Shown here: in pieces, positions 57,120 through 64,000 of the stretch
Position numbering within the stretch: the first letter of the stretch is position 1
How the letters are laid out: the number at the start of each line of letters is the position of its first letter
NCBI GenBank assembly: GCA_003279605.1
Contig: QCHF01000002.1
Span: forward strand, 213,088-277,087
Source of the DNA: SAR86 cluster bacterium AG-390-O18
GTDB taxonomy: Bacteria; Pseudomonadota; Gammaproteobacteria; Magnimaribacterales; AG-339-G14
Length of the DNA stretch: 64,000 nucleotides
Direction: 5' to 3'
The notes under the pieces: model-generated
Databases searched by the model: none
Seen by the model: only the letters and a program-made list of their open reading frames with translations
Told to the model about the DNA's origin: nothing
Position numbers and translations under genes: made by a program

Positions 57120-57142
57120 TGAATATTTGAATTATTAAAAAT

Positions 57143-57172
57143 AAAAGGGGAGGCTGATGCCTCCTCTTTTTT
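57143..57172. terminator. Bidirectional rho-independent terminator
   Basis: AAAAGGGGAGGC-TGAT-GCCTCCTCTTTTTT between convergent genes. Confidence 0.85.
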
Positions 57173-58142
57173 ATATCTCGATTACAACTTTTCCTGTAGC
57201 AGTTCTATCTTCTAAAGATTTTATTGCCTCAACAGCTTCATCCAAAGAATAGCTTTTGGTAATTTCAGGTTTCAACTTGCCTTCAGCATGCAAAGCAAAC
57301 AATTCTTCGAAGTTTTTTGCGTTCTCTTCAGGCTCTCTACCAGTAAAACTTCCCCAAAAAACACCTACTATTGAGCAACCTTTTAAAAGAGCTAGATTAG
57401 TTGGAACTTTAGGAATCCCTGCAGGGAAACCAATAACTAATACTCTACCTTTCCAATTTACACATCGCATACATTGCAAAAAGATATCGCCACCTACGGC
57501 ATCATAGATTACATCTGCACCCAAACCATCGGTTAATTCTTTTACTTTTTCCTTCAGTTCGCCATCACCATAGTTCACTACTTCATCTGCCCCCAATCTT
57601 TTAGCGATATCCAATTTTTCTTGGTTGCTAGCAGCAGCTATCACTCTCGCGCCCATCGCTTTACCAATTTCTATAGCAGTTGTACCAACTCCGCCTCCCG
57701 CACCGGTTACCAAGAGCGTCTCACCTTTCTTTAATTCTCCTCTTTGCTTTAAAGCATAATAAGTTGTTCCATAGTTAAGAGGAAAAGCAGCGCCATCTTT
57801 GAAATCCATCGATTCAGGCAAGGGCATTAAGGTTGTTGCAAAAGCGGATGTCTTTTCTGCTATCCCGCCGTTACCTACCATTGCAATCACTCGATCTCCC
57901 ACTTTCCAATTATCAACACCTTCACCTATTTCGGAAATTACTCCTGCAATTTCTCCACCTGGAGAGAAGGGAAAGGGCGGTTGAAATTGATATTTTCCTT
58001 GCACGATTAAGACATCCGGAAAACTCACTCCAGCAGCTTTGACATCAACTACAACCATTCCTGGTTCTGCTCTGGGGTCTTCTATTTCTTCTACCTTGTG
58101 TGAATCTACTGGACCAAATTCTCTACAGACGTATGCTTTCAT
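57171..58142 (-). CDS. NADPH:quinone oxidoreductase (MDR family)
   Basis: GKYQ..P..PFSPGGE, GAGGGVG, GKVV. Confidence 0.9.
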   Translation of the reverse strand: MKAYVCREFGPVDSHKVEEIEDPRAEPGMVVVDVKAAGVSFPDVLIVQGKYQFQPPFPFSPGGEIAGVISEIGEGVDNWKVGDRVIAMVGNGGIAEKTSAFATTLMPLPESMDFKDGAAFPLNYGTTYYALKQRGELKKGETLLVTGAGGGVGTTAIEIGKAMGARVIAAASNQEKLDIAKRLGADEVVNYGDGELKEKVKELTDGLGADVIYDAVGGDIFLQCMRCVNWKGRVLVIGFPAGIPKVPTNLALLKGCSIVGVFWGSFTGREPEENAKNFEELFALHAEGKLKPEITKSYSLDEAVEAIKSLEDRTATGKVVIEI

Positions 58143-58187
58143 ATTTCTCCTAGTACCAAATTAATTATTTATTAACAGAAACAAACC

Positions 58188-59738
58188 TTATATATCGTTA
58201 ACGAATTTATCAAGATAAACGTCAAACTCTTCTTCTTGATGATTTCCTAATTGCTTGAATTTCTCCAAGGAACTTTTAGCTTCTTCCGAAAGATAATTTA
58301 AGTCCGTTTCTAGGCTCTTAAGAGAGTTTGAGTGCTCTTGTGCTAACTCTAAATTTAATTCTTCCCAAGTTTTAGTGCTATTTTGTAATTGATCAACGAT
58401 AAGCCCTGAAGGCGTAAGAGAAGGATTATTCAATTTCTCCTCTTGCTTATCCAAAGATTTCATAACTTTTTCCACATAGACGCTCATTTCAGAGGGCATC
58501 TGATCAAAAACGTCTCTTAAAGAATCTATTACTTTCATGCCTGAATCTTTAATAGTTATTTTTTCTTTATTTTTGAAAAGTTTCAGATCTGGGTTTCTTC
58601 CTTCTTTTACGACATTTTCCCAATTCACTAGGAGCTCTTTAATTTCATCCTGAGTAGACTTTTTATCTTCACCAAGAAAACAGCCAATAAGATAGGCCTC
58701 TAAAAAATAACTAGTATCTTCATCGATACCGCTTGGTAAGAAGGAATTATTATCCAATGCTCGAATCTCTACATAATCTACACCTTCATTTCTTAAAATA
58801 TTTATAGGTCTTTCACCTGGCGGAGTAACTCTTTTAGGTCGAATGGAGCTGTAATATTCATTTTCAATTTGAATAATTGAAGTGTTTATTTGTATTCTTT
58901 TGCCGTTTTTTAATATGCCAACTTCACCATATCTTTTGTGCTCTTTGGTCAAAGCATTTTTTAAATCATTCAAATACTCATCAATGTTGTTGTAAGCAAT
59001 GTAAAGATTATCTTGTGCCTTAGACATATAGCCCAATTCACTCATTCTTAGGCAGGTCGCATATTTCAAAAATAAATCTTCTTTATTTAATTCTTGAAGG
59101 AAATTTTCTCTATCAGTGATAAAAGTTTTTGGCACCACGGGGCTTGATCCAAAGAGATAAACGATCATCCAAGCATTACGCCTAAAATTTCTAATTAGAC
59201 TTAGATAAGCTTTATTCTTAAACCTCTGTAGGTCTTCTTCGCCTTTCAAGCTTTCGAAGAACTCATCACTGAAGGAAAAATTATAATGAATGCCAGAAAC
59301 TGTTTGCATCATCGAACCGTATCGATAGCTCAATCCTGATCTGTATAAAGTTTTTAGAAGTCCAGAATTTGACGTTCCATAATCCGCTAATCTGATGGAA
59401 TCTTCATTTTCTATTTTGCAAGGAATACTACTTGGCCAAATGGTTTCAGAAGTTTCTTCTACAACGAATTTACAGATTTCATCTAAATTTTTAAGAACAT
59501 CTTCTACTGAGGAATGAGTAGGTGTTATTAGTTCTAATAAGGCTTCAGAAAAATCTGTTGTGATGTATTTATTAGTAAGAGCTGAGCCCAAAGATAAAGG
59601 GTGGTCAGCACTTGAAATGGTGTTATCTTTCGATACTCTGAGGGATTCCTTTTCAATTCCACGAGAAATCGAATTTTCTAGGTTTACATCACCCTTATCT
59701 GCTAGAAGCGATAAGGTCTCTCCCAAAGACCTTGTCAT
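58188..59738 (-). CDS. gshA: Glutamate--cysteine ligase
   Basis: GIEKESLRV, TTDFSEALLE, SGIHYNFS, ENEYYS.IRPK. Confidence 0.95.
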   Translation of the reverse strand: MTRSLGETLSLLADKGDVNLENSISRGIEKESLRVSKDNTISSADHPLSLGSALTNKYITTDFSEALLELITPTHSSVEDVLKNLDEICKFVVEETSETIWPSSIPCKIENEDSIRLADYGTSNSGLLKTLYRSGLSYRYGSMMQTVSGIHYNFSFSDEFFESLKGEEDLQRFKNKAYLSLIRNFRRNAWMIVYLFGSSPVVPKTFITDRENFLQELNKEDLFLKYATCLRMSELGYMSKAQDNLYIAYNNIDEYLNDLKNALTKEHKRYGEVGILKNGKRIQINTSIIQIENEYYSSIRPKRVTPPGERPINILRNEGVDYVEIRALDNNSFLPSGIDEDTSYFLEAYLIGCFLGEDKKSTQDEIKELLVNWENVVKEGRNPDLKLFKNKEKITIKDSGMKVIDSLRDVFDQMPSEMSVYVEKVMKSLDKQEEKLNNPSLTPSGLIVDQLQNSTKTWEELNLELAQEHSNSLKSLETDLNYLSEEAKSSLEKFKQLGNHQEEEFDVYLDKFVNDI

Positions 59739-59745
59739 AAAATTT

Positions 59746-61299
59746 TTAGATTATTGGCCCAGCTTGTCTTATTTCGTCTGAGATATCGAATTTATCTATG
59801 TTTTCTTTAAATTTGGCTGCTAATTCTTTAGCAGCACTATCGTAATCATCCTTGCTAGACCATGTTTCAGATGGATTTAAAAGTTTTGTATCAACATCAT
59901 TGAGCTCTGTAGGAACTTCGACATTCATGATGTCCAGCTTTTCTGTTTCGGCTTCATTTATTGAACCATCTTGTATAGCTTTCACAACCGCTCTGGTTAC
60001 TGGTATGTCAAAACGTTTACCAACTCCGTAGGGACCGCCTGTCCAACCAGAATTAACAATGAAAATCTTACTGCCAAATTCATCTATTCTTTTCATAAGT
60101 AGTTCTGCATATACTTTCGCAGGTCTAGGGAAAAAAGGCGCTCCGTAACAATTTGAAAAAGTAGAGTCTATTTCAGACGATGACCCTAATTCTGTAGAAC
60201 CTACTTTAGCCGTATAACCACTTAGAAAATGATAGGCCGCAGCTTCTTTAGATAAAATTGAAACTGGCGGCATAACACCGGTTAAGTCGCAAGTTAGAAA
60301 TATTATATTTTGCGGCTCACCACCATAATTTTTTTCTAAGTGTTGCTCGACATGACTCAAAGGATAAACAGCACGAGTATTCTCTGTAAGTGTTTGATCT
60401 GTGTAATCGATTTCCAAAGAAGAAGGGTTGAAGATAACGTTTTCAACCACCGAACCATGTTTTATGGCATTCCAAATGACAGGCTCATTTTTTTGCGACA
60501 AATCTACAGTCTTGGCATAGCAGCCACCTTCAATATTGAATACGATACCGTTCCCCCAGCCATGTTCGTCATCTCCTATTAACCATCTTTCAGGGTCAGC
60601 AGAAAGAGTAGTTTTGCCTGTTCCAGATAGACCAAAAAATAAAGAAACATCACCATCTGCTCCAGCATTCGCTGCACAATGCATTGGCAAAACATCTGCA
60701 TCTGGCAAAATAAAATTCATTACACCAAACATAGATTTCTTCATTTCTCCTGCATAGGCAATTCCTAGAATGAGAACTTTCTTTTCACTAAAGTTGACCA
60801 TGATTGCGCCTTCCGAATTTGTGCCATGCACTTCAGGCTTACATTCAAAATTAGGTAAAGATCTCAAAGTCCAAACATCTTTGTTAGAAGGATTAAATGA
60901 ATTTGGCTTTATGAATAAACTCTGACAGAAAACATTATGCCAGGCTAATTCGTTTTCAACGTGAACCGGTTGATAATGTTCTTCACTTGCGCCGACATGC
61001 ATGTCAGCAGTAAAAATATTTTTTCCTTTAATGTAATCTTCAGATTCTTGCCATAGTCTTGCAAACTTTTCAGGCTCTATGGGTTGACTGTCTTTGTTCC
61101 AATTAACAGCGTCATGGGTAATTACATCATCTACTATGAATTTATCTGCAGGGCTTCTGCCAGTTCTTTTGCCTGTTGTTACAACTAAGGCACCATTGCT
61201 TGCTATTACGCCTTCTTTATTATCGACTGCAATCTTTATGAGTTCATCGATGGGTAAATTAGCGTTCAAAATCTTTCCGGGTTGTAAATTATTTAACAA
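59746..61299 (-). CDS. pckA: PEP carboxykinase (ATP)
   Basis: [33 protein letters not shown]. Confidence 0.97.
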   Translation of the reverse strand: MLNNLQPGKILNANLPIDELIKIAVDNKEGVIASNGALVVTTGKRTGRSPADKFIVDDVITHDAVNWNKDSQPIEPEKFARLWQESEDYIKGKNIFTADMHVGASEEHYQPVHVENELAWHNVFCQSLFIKPNSFNPSNKDVWTLRSLPNFECKPEVHGTNSEGAIMVNFSEKKVLILGIAYAGEMKKSMFGVMNFILPDADVLPMHCAANAGADGDVSLFFGLSGTGKTTLSADPERWLIGDDEHGWGNGIVFNIEGGCYAKTVDLSQKNEPVIWNAIKHGSVVENVIFNPSSLEIDYTDQTLTENTRAVYPLSHVEQHLEKNYGGEPQNIIFLTCDLTGVMPPVSILSKEAAAYHFLSGYTAKVGSTELGSSSEIDSTFSNCYGAPFFPRPAKVYAELLMKRIDEFGSKIFIVNSGWTGGPYGVGKRFDIPVTRAVVKAIQDGSINEAETEKLDIMNVEVPTELNDVDTKLLNPSETWSSKDDYDSAAKELAAKFKENIDKFDISDEIRQAGPII

Positions 61300-61367
61300 A
61301 AGGTAGATTATTATGCCAAACTTCTTTGTTACTTCTCAAGGAAGTTGAGAATTGTTCTTATTTTATA

Positions 61368-62306
61368 ATGAATGAAACTATAGAATTAAAAAGTGGCCAA
61401 CAGGGTTATATAGAATATAAATCTTCTAACCCTTTTGAGTTTTATCATATTTTAAATGAGCTAGATAAGGCTCCAGAAATAGACGCTCAAGGCTGGTTGA
61501 TATTTCCTGAAAAAGGAAAAGGACCATTTCCAGTTATATTTTGTGTGCACGGTAGCGATAATTGGTCAGGACATCACCACGAACACATTTTAAATTTTTT
61601 AGAAGCAGGATTCGCTATTTTCAGAGTTCATAGCTTTGATTCAAGAGGCGTTGCATCAACTGTTGAAGATCAGATGTCTGTGACTGCAGCCATGATGATG
61701 GTAGATACTTTCGAGGCTCTAAAAATTGTATCCAGACATCCAGATATCGATTCTTCAAGAATTGGTATTACGGGATGGAGCTTGGGCGGGACAGTAAGTT
61801 TTTATTCATTTTGGGAGCCTTTGGCAGAAAAATTAGCTCCTCAAGGGGAAAGATTTAAATGTTGCTTACCATTTTATCCAGCTACTTATATCAAGCCCGA
61901 GGAAAACAGGTGGAATTCAGGACCAATCTTAAATCTCGTTGGCGAAAGTGATAATTACACTCCAGCAGCTTTAGTACATCATATGTCAGACATTGTTAAT
62001 GCTTCCGGAGGCAATAGCTCGGTAATTTCATATCCTGGGGGAGAGCATAGTTTTGATTCCATCAATCCTGTTACGCATTGGCCAGATGCTATAGCTGTTT
62101 CGGAAAAATTCTGTACCGTTGCGCAAGATGGAAATATGACTTATGAAACGGACTCTGGAGAAAAGTTAGGCATTAACCAACCTGAAGATAGGTTAAAGAT
62201 TTTTGAGTCCGGAGAAATCCATTTCGGTGCCAGCACTGGAGGCGACTGGTCAATCAGACGGCAATGTAAAAAAGACGCTCTAGAATTTTTCAAGAAGTAT
62301 CTATAA
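61368..62306 (+). CDS. Alpha/beta hydrolase (dienelactone hydrolase-like)
   Basis: HGS, GWSLGG nucleophile elbow, G..D.YTP, H.FD. Confidence 0.8.
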   Translation: MNETIELKSGQQGYIEYKSSNPFEFYHILNELDKAPEIDAQGWLIFPEKGKGPFPVIFCVHGSDNWSGHHHEHILNFLEAGFAIFRVHSFDSRGVASTVEDQMSVTAAMMMVDTFEALKIVSRHPDIDSSRIGITGWSLGGTVSFYSFWEPLAEKLAPQGERFKCCLPFYPATYIKPEENRWNSGPILNLVGESDNYTPAALVHHMSDIVNASGGNSSVISYPGGEHSFDSINPVTHWPDAIAVSEKFCTVAQDGNMTYETDSGEKLGINQPEDRLKIFESGEIHFGASTGGDWSIRRQCKKDALEFFKKYL

Positions 62307-62314
62307 GGCAATTA

Positions 62315-63973
62315 TTAAAATTTATTAAAATAATCAGCTAAAGCTTCAAAGACCTTGTAGTCTTTCAATTTATCCTCATAAACACTATCTCCATAAATCC
62401 TTGCTATAGGATCTTCAGAAGAAAACTCAGGCCAAGAATCATTAGGGGCTCCAGTCTTAGCAAATTCAGTCCAATCATTAAGCATTATTTCACTCAATTC
62501 ATCGTCCCAGCTATCTCGCGCAACAAAAGGAAAAAAACTTCCAAAAATGTATGCCAGCTCAAGGGCATGAGTTGCTCCTATGGTTTGTTTTTCAGATGGA
62601 ACTTCTCTTTCAAAAAAATACAGATAGGTCTTTAAGCCATCTTCACTTCTCTTTTGAGCAGAATAATAAGCAGGACCGCCAAACCAGATATCACCCCATA
62701 CCTGGGCTGCAGCATCGTATCTTTTACCTTTCATTGATTTTACATAAGCAGTGACAGACTCAGGAACTTCCCCTGAAAAACCATCTAATAAAATTTCCCA
62801 AAATTCCTCTAACCAATCTTCTTCACTAAATAAATCTTCGAAAACTGGTTCAGGAAATATTAACGGGACCAGCGTTGTACCCTCATTGGCATTAAAGCCT
62901 GTTATGTAGGGCACATTATGGGTAGATTGATTTCGATAGGCTTCATTAAATCTATAAGGAAAGACATATCCATCGACTATCTGAGTCACATTGCCAATTA
63001 AATTTGCATCTTTTTCAGAATCAGGAATTTGAATGAATTCCTCGGCTGGTATTTTTCTAAGATGCACAAGAGCTTTTTCATCGTTATCTACTCCAAAATG
63101 CTCCGCAAGCTCCAAGCCTATATCTTCTGCAGATCTATTTCTTGAATTATCTCTTAACGAACGAGTACCTAAAATACCAGAACCACTTTGAGAAATTGCT
63201 TTGTGAAATAATCCTTTTGAAAGCGGACTAGACAAAAGCGTTCCCACAGCTTGACCGCCAGCAGACTCTCCGAAAATAGTCACATTATTAGGATTGCCGC
63301 CAAAATCTGAAATATTACTTTTTACCCATTTTAATGCCTCTATTTGGTCTAAAGACGCATAATTTCCTGATACGCCATTTTCTGATTCAGCTGATAATGC
63401 AGGATGGGCAAACCAGCCTAATGATCCTAGACGATAATTAATAGTTACAAGGACAACGTCTTTTTTAGCAAATTTTGAAGTTAAATAAATACTATCCCCT
63501 CCTGATCCAAATCTTCCAGCGCCTCCATGAATCCAGAACATTACTGGTAAGTTTTTAGCTTTCTTAGGAGCAATGACATTTAAAAACAGACAGTCTTCTG
63601 AAAAATTACTAGCAGACAGACTTGGAGTGAAAAAAGAAAGACTTTTAACTACCAGCTTTTCATACCACGCAAGACCATAGCCATCTAGCAATAAATCTAA
63701 AAAGGCAGAGTTTCCTATATTCGTTGGCTGCATGCATGCAGAGCCCAATTTATCTGCGGTCTTAATTCCTTCCCAGGATTTTATTGGTTTAGGAGGCTGC
63801 CAACGTAAATCTCCCAATGGAGCTTCTGCATAGGGAATACCTAAAAAGAAATTAACTTGATTTTGTTCATAACCCTGAAGCTTGCCTTTTGAAGTCTCTA
63901 TTACTTTGGACGGAGATGACGAAGAACAACTAACAAAAATAGCTATAAAGATTATAGATGATACAACTTTCAT
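62315..63973 (-). CDS. Type-B carboxylesterase, probable lipoprotein
   Basis: GIPYA..P, SEDCL.LN, FGESAGG, HALEL; lipobox-like FVSC. Confidence 0.9.
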   Translation of the reverse strand: MKVVSSIIFIAIFVSCSSSSPSKVIETSKGKLQGYEQNQVNFFLGIPYAEAPLGDLRWQPPKPIKSWEGIKTADKLGSACMQPTNIGNSAFLDLLLDGYGLAWYEKLVVKSLSFFTPSLSASNFSEDCLFLNVIAPKKAKNLPVMFWIHGGAGRFGSGGDSIYLTSKFAKKDVVLVTINYRLGSLGWFAHPALSAESENGVSGNYASLDQIEALKWVKSNISDFGGNPNNVTIFGESAGGQAVGTLLSSPLSKGLFHKAISQSGSGILGTRSLRDNSRNRSAEDIGLELAEHFGVDNDEKALVHLRKIPAEEFIQIPDSEKDANLIGNVTQIVDGYVFPYRFNEAYRNQSTHNVPYITGFNANEGTTLVPLIFPEPVFEDLFSEEDWLEEFWEILLDGFSGEVPESVTAYVKSMKGKRYDAAAQVWGDIWFGGPAYYSAQKRSEDGLKTYLYFFEREVPSEKQTIGATHALELAYIFGSFFPFVARDSWDDELSEIMLNDWTEFAKTGAPNDSWPEFSSEDPIARIYGDSVYEDKLKDYKVFEALADYFNKF

Positions 63974-64000
63974 TAAAAGATAAAGTCTCTTTTCGTATAA

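Noticed and set aside
63991-64000. TTTCGTATAA resembling a XerC arm of dif
   Set aside because: Truncated at the window edge, AT-rich and close to the origin; cannot be supported.

Overview
AT-rich, compact chromosomal segment spanning the replication-origin region of a gammaproteobacterium. Gene order and streamlining suggest a marine SAR86-like lineage (inference). Core blocks: glmS-glmU-atpCDGAHFEB-parB-parA-rsmG-mnmG, an oriC-like spacer, mnmE-yidC-yidD-rnpA-rpmH, DnaA boxes, dnaA-dnaN-recF(parS)-gyrB, plsC-gmhB-GlyRS-trkH-trkA-fmt-def, purE-tsaC-aroE, an aa3 cytochrome c oxidase cluster, gshA and pckA. Positions ~3-15.3 kb, downstream of glmS, hold accessory catabolic/detox genes. Main observations: (1) a 462-bp single-gene unit at the glmS stop codon, bounded by 9-bp direct repeats and 18-bp perfect inverted repeats and carrying a codon-recoded copy of the glmS 3' end, with a second decayed copy in exact register, suggesting serial cassette insertion at glmS; (2) an uncalled 37-aa 3Cys-1His CDGSH-like microprotein; (3) two tandem unknown membrane paralogues behind a perfect Fur-type palindrome; (4) an alpha2-type GlyRS at the usual glyQ-glyS position; (5) two adjacent genes each frameshifted by one extra base in a G6 run. 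No rRNA, tRNA, CRISPR array, integrase or transposase was recognised.
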